The position numbers were made by a program, and so were the translations under genes. Positions 13,388-22,945 of a stretch of DNA of 64,000 nt are shown in pieces. Under the pieces are notes generated by a model. That model did not search any database. It had not been told where the DNA came from and worked only from the letters and a program-made list of their open reading frames with translations. This DNA comes from Malacoraja senta (Eukaryota), in NCBI GenBank assembly GCA_038087875.1, contig CM075988.1:3844001-3908000 (forward strand). The letters are read 5' to 3'. Each line of letters begins with the position of its first letter. The stretch's first letter is position 1.

Positions 13388-14076
13388 AGGGCCTGTCCCA
13401 CTTGGGCGTCATTTGCTCCTCATTTACGCGTCATGTAGAAAATTGGTCGACGCATCGTGATGCGTGGGGGGCTCGTGGGTGACGCGTGCATAGCGCATGG
13501 TGAGGCGTGGAATCGCATGTGGTGGTGAGCGGTATCACGCTGCGCTCCAGGATTTCGTAGTGTACCGAAATCATCAAGTTCCACCTGCGTGGCGTATCGC
13601 TTACGCACGCTGACGCATTGGCGTCGCACGCTGACGTCCCGACGTCATACGTGTATCGCGTGGTGACGTCACCTTGCGTCAACGTCCATAAACATGCGAC
13701 GCCGCGCGCCGCCCAAACGCAGTCGGCCCACCTTTTACGTGTCATGTAACCTCTAACCTCGTCCACACAGACCTCTTCCTGGGTTTCTCGCTAGCCTTTC
13801 TTGTTGTACCCCTGCCTGGCTGATCTGTAAGCATGAGGGCTGCTGCTAACAGAAGCTGTAGCAATAAAATCTGTAGTTCTTCCATGATGGTCATGATGCA
13901 GAATAGGGAAGCTGGGTATTCTAATGACGTCACGTGCACCAGACGGCTGTGCTGACGCATGATGATGCATGATGTCGTGTGATTTGCGAGCGACAATCGC
14001 GCGACAGTTGCGCGTCAGTCACTACCGGCCTGTCGCGTAAATGACGCGCAAATGACGCCCAAGTGGGACAGGCACT
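13388..14076. mobile_element. PIF/Harbinger non-autonomous element, subfamily A, with a possible transposase 5' remnant
   Basis: TIR AGGGCCTGTCCCACTTGGGCGTCATTTG, right flank TTA. A minus-strand stretch encodes ...KPRKRSVWTR. Confidence 0.85.
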
Positions 14077-14292
14077 TTATACATCGGCGAGACCAAACAT
14101 TGACTGGGCGATCGTTTCGCGGAACACCCTCGCTCAACCCGCGTGAACCAACCTGATCTCCCGGTTGCTGGACACTTTAATTCCCCTTCCCATTCCCACA
14201 CAGACCTTTCTGTCCTCGGTCTCCTCCATTGTCAGAGTGAGGTTAAATGCAAATTGGAGGAACAGCATCTCATATTTCGCTTGAGCAGCTTG

Positions 14293-14813
14293 TGGACCTG
14301 TCCCACTTAGGCGATTTTTTCGGCGACTGCCGGCGACTGACATAGTCCCACGACAATGTCTATGGCAATGTCTACAACAACCTATCACCAAGTTGACGTC
14401 CAGCTACGGCAAGTTACCAACAACCGGCGACCCATTAGGACGTCCACCTACGACAACTTACGACCACACAGGCGACCACCTACATCCACCCGCGACAAGC
14501 AACGACAAGGTAAGACTATTCAGTTGCCGGTACCTGTCGCCTGTTGACGTAGGTTGACGTAGGTAGGTGCCAATGGAATTAACAGAAGTCAGCACCAGCG
14601 ACAACCTACGACAGGAGAATTCAAGCTTCCCTCATTGGCGTCAAACCAACTGTTGCCGACTGTCGCTGAAAAGTTTTAAACATTTCAAAATTCAGCGGCA
14701 ACCAGGAAAACACTATGATTCTTTGGGCGACTGAGGAGACTACTCACGACCATACAGGCGACACCCTAGTCGCCTGTAGTCGCTTAACAAATCACCTAAG
14801 TGGGACAGGGGCA
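14293..14813. mobile_element. PIF/Harbinger MITE, subfamily B
   Basis: TIR ..CCTGTCCCACTTAGG, flanks TTG/TTA. Interrupts the Penelope ORF at a TTA codon. Confidence 0.85.
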
Positions 14814-15687
14814 TTACAGCCCAGTGGAATGAATTTTGATTTCTCTCACTTCAGGTAGTCCGACATTCCCTCTCTCTCTATCCCTCCCCCACCCGTCACA
14901 CCAGCTTCTCGTTTTCACCCTATGAACAGCTGACAATGGCCAGTTTCCTTTATCATCGTTACCTTTTTGCATATCTTTCATTCATTGTTCTTTATCTCTC
15001 CACATCACCGTCTATATCTCTCGTTTCCCTTATGCCTAACCAGTCTGAAGAAGGGTCTCGTCCCGAAACGTCACCCATTCCTTCTCTCCAGAGATGCTGC
15101 CTGTCCCGCTGAGTTACTCCAGCTTTTGGTGTCTATCTTCGTTCCCAACTTCAATACTCTGACTCAATCCACTGAGGGCCAGTGGACTAAAATATTTCTT
15201 TACCAACCCGTCTGCCGGTGATTCCATGTACAGTACCTACAGTACCTGCACTCCTAGTCCCGTCTGCTCGACAACACTCCCCAGGGCCCTATCACTCATT
15301 GTGAAGGTCCTGCCTTAGTTTGACTTTCCAAAATGCGACATCTCACACTTATTTGCACCAAAATCCATCAACTCCTTGGCCTCCTCAGCCCACATGTCCA
15401 ACCTGCATTAGCTTTTGATAACCATCTTCACTATCTACGATGCCATCCATTTTAGTGTCATCTGCAAGGTAATTGGGGTTTAGAGGGAAAGATAGAGCAG
15501 CCATGATTGAATGGCGGAGTAGACTCAATGGGCCGAATGGCCTAATTCTGCTCGCGTGACTTACTAATGAACCTCCTAATCATGCCTTGCACATTCTCAT
15601 CCAAACCATTGATCCAAACAGCAATGGATCCAGCACCAATCCCCCGAGGCACACCACTAGTGTGTACAGCTGCAGGTAGGGAGCAGG

Positions 15688-16200
15688 TTGCCTGGCTGCA
15701 TCACGGCCTGCTATGGCAACTTGAATGCCCAGGAGCGAAGAAGACTGCAAAAAGTTGTGAACGGTGTCCAATCCATCACGGGTTCTGACCTTCCCACCAT
15801 CGAAGGAATTTATCGCAGTCGGTGCCTCAAAAAGGAAGCCCGCATCATTAGAAACCCACACCACCCTGGTCACGCACTCATTTCACCGCTGCCAACGGGA
15901 AGAAGGTACAGGAGCCTGAAAACTGTAACGTCCAGGTTCAGGAACAGCTTCTTCCCTACAGCCATCAGGCTATTAAACACTACAACCTCCAAATAAGCTC
16001 TGAAGTACATGAACTATTCTTGTTATTATTGATTGTTTTGTGGGTGTATGCCCGTGTGTATATACACACACTGAACTTTTCTTTCTCATTTATGATATTG
16101 TTTACTGTGTACTATGTTTACATATTGTGTTGTGCGGCCGCAAGTAAGAATGCCATTGTTCTATCTGGGACACGTGGCAATGAAACACTCTTGACTCTTG
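15688..16200 (+). mobile_element. Rex1/Babar LINE 3' fragment
   Basis: CITACYGN...LQKVV...HPGHALISPLPTGRRYRSLK...RFRNSFFPTAIRLLN*, short-repeat tail. Confidence 0.88.
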
Positions 16201-16202
16201 GC

Positions 16203-16297
16203 TCTAGTGACAGGTCTCCAGTGCGATGAGTAGGTGAGGGAGCATCTGTACTTACTGAGCATGGTGAGGCACTAGGGCTTGGAGCACAGGGTAGTGG
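16203..16297 (-). pseudogene. Decayed partial duplicate of the 3' end of the 17013-17162 exon plus its donor site
   Basis: 16246-16270 matches 17003-17027 at 24/25 nt, and similarity continues in register. Translates TTLCSKP*CLTML versus AALRSQPARLTVL. Truncated by a CR1 fragment. Confidence 0.75.
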
Positions 16298-16585
16298 TGG
16301 TGGAGTCCAGAACCCGGGGTCACAGTTCAAGAATAAAGGCTAGGCCATTTAGTACTGAGATGAGGAAAACCGTTTTCACCCAGAGAGTTGTGAATCTGTG
16401 GAATTCTCTGCCTCAGAAGGCAGTGGTGGCCAATTCATTGGATGTTTTCAAGAGAGAGTTAGATATAGCTCTTTGGGCTACTGATTTTGGATGATCAGCC
16501 ATGATCATATTGAATGACGGTGCTGACTCGAAGGGCCGAATGGCCTACTCCTGCACCTATTTTATATGTTTCCAAGACAACGAAC

Positions 16586-16639
16586 AGGGTGGGAGATTGC
16601 AACCTTCACGTGGTCTGCCCTGTTTCGACTAATGCAATC
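16586..16639 (+). ncRNA. Minimal HDV/CPEB3-like self-cleaving ribozyme motif (predicted)
   Basis: P1 AGGGUGG/CUGCCCU, P2 GAUUGCA/UGCAAUC, P3 ACC/GGU, L3 UUCACGU, GU, vestigial P4 UUCGA, J4/2 CUAA (putative catalytic C at 16629). Confidence 0.8.
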
Positions 16640-16724
16640 AACCCGGCGTGCACAAATAAATAGATCAAATAGAACAAGTTGACCTACAACTTTAGGCTGT
16701 GCACGCCGTACACAAGACGAAGAT
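16586..16724 (+). mobile_element. Short non-autonomous retroposon with a 5' HDV-like ribozyme (copy 1)
   Basis: 10-bp TSD gacaacgaac (16576-16585 and 16725-16734), degenerate (GAA)n tail, homologous to 39406-39537. Confidence 0.9.
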
Positions 16725-17012
16725 GACAACGAACGTGTTAACAGCAAGTCTGTGTGTGTCGGAGGTATAATAGTAATGACAGTGGGTATGTTAAATAGCA
16801 AGTACCAGCTGGCAACTTCTCAACTCCAGATGGATCAGAGTTTAAAGGTAGGTAAAATGAACATGTTAAATAACAGATACAAACTGGCAGCTTGGTTTAA
16901 TGTATTCATGAATTGTACACCTTCAACGGTTTGTGGGACGTCTACACAGGCGCCCAGTGCGATAAACAAGCTGGCTTGTCTCAGGGGTCAATGAGAGTGT
17001 GGCTGTACTTAC

Positions 17013-17162
17013 TGAGCACGGTGAGGCGGGCGGGCTGAGAGCGCAGGGCAGCGTGCGTGGCCTGGCACTCGTACACCGCGTCGTCCATCAGCTGCGCCTT
17101 CTCGATGCGGAGGCTGTATTCACCGGCCGAATGGTCGCCCACGATGGAGTAACGGGGAAACC
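17013..17162 (-). CDS. kirrel3l: Next coding exon of the same KIRREL-family gene, second half of Ig domain 1
   Basis: Acceptor ctctcctgttgcag|GG, donor CTCA|gtaagt, 150 bp, phase 1/1. Splices in frame to the previous exon. Encodes GFPRYSIVGDHSAGEYSLRIEKAQLMDDAVYECQATHAALRSQPARLTVL (DDAVYECQA..AA.RS..A.LTVL is KIRREL-typical). Confidence 0.92.
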
Positions 17163-17313
17163 CTGCAACAGGAGAGCAACCTCGGTAAAGCACTGTGCAC
17201 GACACTCGCCATCCCGGGCACAGACTAACACACGTCCAGTTGGCTCAAAAGCAGCAGAAGCCCAGAGTTCAAAAACCAGCGGGGCTGGTGCAGGCAATGC
17301 TGTGGAATCTACT

Positions 17314-17975
17314 GTGTAGGAAGGAGCTGCAGATGCTGGTTTAAACCAAAAGATAGAATCAAAGAGCTGGACTAACTCAGCGGGACAGGCAGCATCTCTC
17401 GATAAAAGGAACAGCTGACGTTTCAGGTCGTGACCCTTCTTCAGACTGAGAGTCGGGGGAAAGGGTAACTAGAGATATAGACGGGGATATCCGGAGATAC
17501 GGAACAAATGAATAACAAATATGTTGTCTTGTTGAGTCTCATTGTCTGTAACCCATTTTCACCTAGCCCACAGCTAACAATGGACCATTGTGGGCTCCAC
17601 CTTTACTTGATCATCGTTACTCTTTGCATATGAATCTTCCATCCCTACCCCACCCAAGTCATTCTAGCTTCAATGTTGTCTTGTTGAGTCTCATTGTCTG
17701 TAACCTGTTTTCACCTAGCCCACATCTAACAATGGCCTGTGTATGAAGGAACTGCAGATGCTGGTTTAAACCACAGCGAACAATGGCCTGTTTCCTTAAT
17801 CAATGTAAATGTTTTGCATATCTTTCATTCATTTGATCGATATCTCTCTGTATCACCGTCTATATCTCTCGGTTCCCTTTCCCCTACTCTCAGTCTGAAG
17901 AAGGTCTCGACCCGAAACGTCACCTATTCCTTCTCTCCAGAGATGCTGCCTGACCCGCTGAGTAACTCCAGCATT
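17314..17975. mobile_element. Penelope pLTR inverted pair with internal duplication
   Basis: TSD ctgtggaatctact (17300-17313) / ctgtggaacttact (17976-17989). Hammerhead-like cores at ~17417-17444 (-) and 17895-17921 (+). Confidence 0.82.
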
Positions 17976-18333
17976 CTGTGGAACTTACTATTAAGGATGT
18001 GGTGTGGTGAAGCTGGGCATAGATCCTTCACTCCTAATAGGAGGTGCTAAATGCGGTGATCCTTAAAGTCTAATCAGGATCGGTCAGTCAAAATGATCCC
18101 TATCTCGATTACCTGCATGTTCAACACTGTTTACCTAATAGGCCTGTTTACATTGCTGGAGGGTTTGGGTTCCAATTCTATGTTAGTGGTGATTCTCCTC
18201 AGTCTGTTTATTACTGGAGCAGTGCCTAATTCCACGGCCAAGACTTTAACATGTGAATTGCGGCTGTAATGACCTTGTGTTTGCTGAAGAAACTGTTTAC
18301 CCTCAAACAGAATATAAAGTGGCCATGGGTATA

Positions 18334-18826
18334 ACAGTGGGTATATGGAACAGTGGGTATATGGAACAGTGGGTATATGGAATGGTGGGTATATGGAACG
18401 GTGGGTATATGGAACAGTGGGTATATGGAACGGTGGGTATATGGAACGGTGGGTATATGGAACGGTGGGTATATGGAACGGTGGGTATATGGAACGGTGG
18501 GTATATGGAACGGTGGGTATATGGAACGGTGGGTATATGGAACGGTGGGTATATGGAACGGTGGGTATATGGAACGGTGGGTATTTGGAATGGTGGGTAT
18601 ATGGAACGGTGGGTATATGGAACGGTGGGTATATGGAACGGTGGGTATATGGAACGGTGGGTATATGGAACGGTGGGTATTTGGAACGGTGGGTATATGG
18701 AATGGTGGGTATATGGAACGGTGGGTATATGGAACGGTGGGTATATGGAATGGTGGGTATATGGAATGGTGGGTATATGGAACAGTGGGTATTTGGAATG
18801 GTGGGTATATGGAACGGTGGGTATAT
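18334..18826. repeat. 16-bp minisatellite (GGGTATATGGAACGGT), about 30 copies
   Basis: Direct tandem units running into a CR1 3' end. Confidence 0.97.
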
Positions 18827-19044
18827 GCCAAGCGAGGTAGTTGTGGCAAGTACTGCAACACCATTTCAAAGACATTTGTACGGGTACATGGATAGAAACG
18901 GTTTAGAGGGATGTGGGCCAAACATGGGCAGTTGGGACTATGTGTAGATGGGGCATCTGGGCCGGCATGATGCCCCATGTAATCTGGGCAAGGCCAGTTG
19001 GGCCGAAGGGCCTTCTTCCATGCTGTATGACTCTGTGACTATTT

Positions 19045-19352
19045 ACTTTAGACTTTAGAGATACAGTGCGGAAACAGGCCCTTCTGCCTACCGAGTCTGT
19101 GCTGTCCAGCGATCACCCAGTACACTAGCACTATCCTACATGCTAGGGACAATTTACAATCTTGCCGAAGCCAATTAACCTATAAACCTGCACGCCTTTG
19201 GGATGTGGGAGGAAAACGGAGAACTCGGGGAAAACCCACAGTCGCTGGGAGAAGGAACAAACTCCGCACAGACAGCACCCATCGTCATGATCAAAGCTGG
19301 GTCTCTGGCGCTGTGAGGCAGCAGCTCTACCTGCTGCACCACCATGCCGCCA
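19045..19352 (-). mobile_element. V-SINE (HE1-like) immediately downstream of the exon donor
   Basis: Full-length copy whose head starts about 14 nt after the donor GT. Confidence 0.88.
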
Positions 19353-19365
19353 CCATGCCTCTTAC

Positions 19366-19515
19366 CTGGCAGCTGCTTCTCGACCCCCAGCCCAAGCCCG
19401 TCCTTGGTCCAGAGGACGATGCCACGGTAACCAGCGACGGCGCAGGACAGCGTGACCGGGTGCCCGGCCACCACCACGCGGTCCTCCGGCTGCAGCGTGA
19501 ACGAGGACGCATGGC
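19366..19515 (-). CDS. kirrel3l: Internal coding exon of a KIRREL/NEPH-family adhesion protein, first half of Ig domain 1 (probably KIRREL2/kirrel3l lineage; paralog uncertain)
   Basis: Acceptor ttcttgttatttttccgccag|GC, donor CCAG|gtaaga, 150 bp, phase 1/1. Encodes HASSFTLQPEDRVVVAGHPVTLSCAVAGYRGIVLWTKDGLGLGVEKQLP, which matches the KIRREL QPxD..VTLxC..Y.G.V.W.KDGLxLG signature. Confidence 0.9.
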
Positions 19516-19679
19516 CTGGCGGAAAAATAACAAGAAACCTGGCGTCAACCAAGCGGCACTCTGTAAAGAAATGCAAACATCACAAATGCTGCTTCTCTCA
19601 AACACCACAGATAATACCACAAACAGGTCCGAGAGCATGTAGAAGAATGCATGTAGAAGAATCCGAGAGGGAAAAAAGA

Positions 19680-20195
19680 GTCATGGAGTCAGTCTTACAG
19701 CGTGGATACTGGCCGTTCGCCACAACTTGCCCACGCTGACCAACATGTTCATCGCCACTTGTCCCACCTGCCTGCGTTTGGCCCATATCCCTCCAAACAT
19801 GTCCTATCAACGTACCTGTCTAATTGTTTCTTAAGCGTTGGGATAGTCCCCACTTCACCTCCTCTGGAAGCTCGTTTCATACACCCACCATCCTTTGAGA
19901 GAAAACGTTACCCCTCAGATTCCTGTGAGGGGTATCCGATCTATTCCTTTCATGATTGTATACAGATAAGATCACCCCTCATCCTCCTGCGCTCCAAGGA
20001 ATAGTCCCAGCCTGCTCATCCTCTCCCTGTAGCTTAGGCCCTCGAGTCCTGGCAACATCCTCGTAAATCTTCTCTGAACCCTTTCCAGCTTGACAACATC
20101 TTTCCTGTATAATGGTGCCCAGGACTGAACACAATACTCTAAACACGGCCTCACCAATGCCCTATATAACCGCAACATGACCTCCCAACTTCCAT
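19680..20195 (-). mobile_element. CR1 LINE 3' fragment
   Basis: LYRALVRPCLEYCVQSWAP...KLERVQRRFTRMLPGL. Confidence 0.9.
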
Positions 20196-21831
20196 GCTCA
20201 TTTTTCAGGTATAATTATAGGTGATTGTTCAGGTCAATGAACCTTCATCCAAACACATTAGTACTGCTGTCTTCTCCCCAGTGATCTTCCCAGGACTGTA
20301 CTGCCATTGGATGGCCCAAGTTCACGTGGTGGTAGCGCTGGATTAGTGTCATAGAGTGACACAGCAGGGAAACGGGCCCTTCGGCCCAACCTGCCCACAC
20401 CGGGCAACATGCCCCAGCTGCAGTAGTCCCACTTGCCTGCGTTTGGTCCCTATCCCTCCGCACCTGTCCTATCCATGTACATCCTAACTGGTGAATCCTG
20501 AAGGTTTCGGGTCGAGACCCATCTTCGGACTTCAGACTTCCTACACATTTCATCTGCTGCACTGCAAAATCTCCTCAAGGTATTCCTACTTTGAAGAAGT
20601 TCTCCCCCTCTCTCCGACGAGGGTTCTGCAACACCCTCTCTTGCTGCTCCCCTTCCGTGATTCCTCCTGCTCTCCTCGGTCTGAAGAAGAATCTCGACCC
20701 GAAACGTCACCCATTCCTTCTCTCAAGAGATGCTGCCTGTCTTGCTGAGTTACTCCAGCATTTTGTGTCTATCTTCGTTGTAAACCAGCATCTGCAGCTC
20801 CTTCCTACACCTATAGCATCTACAGGATGTTCTCCAGAGATGCTGCCTGAGTTAATCCTGCGCATTATGTCCTTGAGTTCATCATATGTACCAACAACAT
20901 AACAATACAATTCTTACTTGCAGCAGCATAATGAATGAATGAATGAATGAATGAATGAATAAGTTTATTGGCCAAGTATTCACATACAAGGAATTTGCCT
21001 TGGTGCTTCACCCACAAGTGACAAAATGACATACAGTGACAGTTAAGAATGACACATAAAACATTAAACATTAATAATAAAACATTATTGATTAAACATG
21101 TGAGTTAAATAAAATACCAGAGCAAATGGAGGCTACAATTTTTGGTTATTGAGTTGAGCTATTACTCATGTTTTTATATCTGCCTGTGGCAGCTTAGACG
21201 GTCCAGAGTCGCCTTCCAGAGGGAAGTGATTCAATGAGTTTGCGGCAAGGGTGAGAGGGGTTAGAGATGATCTTACCCGCTCGCTTTCTGGCCCTTGCAG
21301 TGTACAACAGGCCTATAACCACAATAAATACAGATAATATGTATTAAACAAAACAAAAAAAATTAATAACCCCAGTCCTCGTGTAAAATAGTCCAAATTC
21401 CTTAGTACAGCCAAGATGGTCCACAGTTCATGGTCTAGTTAGTGTTGTGCTTTGTTCAATCACCTGATGGTTGTTGGGAAGAAGCTGCTCCTGAAACTCA
21501 ATGCCCCAGTTTTCAGATTCCTGTACCTTCTTCCCGATGGTAGGAATGAAATGAGAGTGTGGCCAGGATGATGCTGATCTTTGATGAGACTGGTTGATAT
21601 ACAATAGGGAAAGGCAACCCTTTGACCCAAATTGTCCAATTGTAAGAAAACCTTTGCAACTCAATTAGATAATTCTGGACTGACATTAAACTGCAGTTCC
21701 TTCTGTTTCTGATATCGTTAAGGGTACTGCCAATAAATAAAACACTTTTCTCATATTTCTGATTTATTTCCCAGGAGTGGTCACGGTTATGGTGAGAAAC
21801 TAATCTACAATTCCTGCAGCCCTTTGGGCAA

Positions 21832-22050
21832 GATAAAGACACAATGTGTTGGAATAACTCAGCGGGTCAGGCAGCATTTCTGGTGAACATGGATAGGTGA
21901 TGTTTCAGGTCGGGACCCTTCTTCAGACTGGTAAGGGATCTAGACCCAAAACATCACCTATCCATGTTCTCCAGAGATGCTGCATAACCCGCTGAGTTAC
22001 TCCAGCACTCTGTGGGGTTTTTTACACCAGCATCTGCAGTTCCTTATGTC
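21832..22050. mobile_element. Penelope pLTR inverted pair
   Basis: Inverted tgctggagtaactcagcggg-type arms. Confidence 0.75.
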
Positions 22051-22449
22051 AGCCTTCAGGGAAATCAAGAGATGTGGGAACCCTGAACTTTAATTATCTA
22101 CATTCAGCGGTACTAACTGCCTGTTGTAATGTCAGTACAAATGTTTGGCCAGGTTTTCTCTCAGGGTGTTGTCAATTTAGGCAGAAAGAAAGAATGAATA
22201 ATACCAAGTGATATGAGGCACAGCAAGTCCCTAAGGACACTCACTGAATCACTGATGAGTCCAAATCTAGGAGTTGGCTCCTGGTACTACCTAGTATGTG
22301 TGTGGATGAAGAGAGCAGTCTCTGACTGTGAACCAATGAATTGACTCAATGAAAAATACTGCATAGAAACAGGCCCTTCAGCCCACAGAGTCCACGCTGA
22401 ATAGCGATCGCCCATTTGCACGTGCTCTTTGCATCCACTCTCTACACAC

Positions 22450-22945
22450 CTGGTGTTGTCAAGCTGGAAAGGGTACAGAAAGGATCTGCGAGGATGTTGC
22501 CAGGACTAGAGGGTCTGAGCTATAGGCAGAGGTTGAGTAGGCTGGGACTCTATCCTTGGTGCAAGAGGATGAGGGGTGATCTTATAGAGGTGTATAAAAT
22601 CATGAGAGGAATAGATCGGGTAGAAGCACAGAGTCCCTTGCCCAGAGTAGGGGAATTGAGGACCGGAGGACATGGGTTTAAGGTGAAGGGGAAAAGATTT
22701 AATAGGAATCTGAGGGGTAACTTTTTCACACACAGGGTGGTAGGTGTATGGAATAGGTTGCCGGAGGAGGTAGTTGAGGCAGGGACTATTCCAACATTTA
22801 AGAAGCAGTTAGACAGGTATATGGACAGGAGGATATGGATCAAATGCAGACAGGTGGGACAAGTGTAGCTGGGACATTCTGGCCGGTGTGGGCAAGCTGG
22901 GCACAAGGGCCTGTTTCCACACTGTATCACTCGATCACTCTATGA
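22450..22945 (+). mobile_element. CR1 (HER1-like) LINE 3' fragment nested in a V-SINE
   Basis: KLERVQ...LSYRQRL...RGDLIEVYKIM...TGGHGFKV...NFFTHRVVGVWNRLP. Confidence 0.9.

Larger units (their letters stand above)
12993..15142 (+). mobile_element. 5'-truncated Penelope-like element: inverted pLTR, GIY-YIG endonuclease remnant and pLTR, carrying two nested MITEs
   Basis: 14-bp TSD tcccaacttcaata (12979-12992 and 15143-15156). With the MITEs removed it reads NLIYCIHRSRCG/LYIGETKH*LGDRFAEH...HFNSPSH...LEEQHLIFRL/LQPSGMNFDF. The host is a minus-strand CR1 fragment. Confidence 0.92.

Noticed and set aside
13800..13900. Hydrophobic peptide as the KIRREL signal-peptide exon
   Set aside because: Lies downstream of the Ig1 exons and inside a TIR-bounded element.
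1..17012. Next KIRREL exon (Ig2, xPP.DP.I...)
   Set aside because: Not found in the unique segments; probably beyond the window start.
18226..18978. 190-250 aa repetitive ORFs, or a CRISPR-like array
   Set aside because: Head-to-tail 16-bp minisatellite with no unique spacers; open in many frames.
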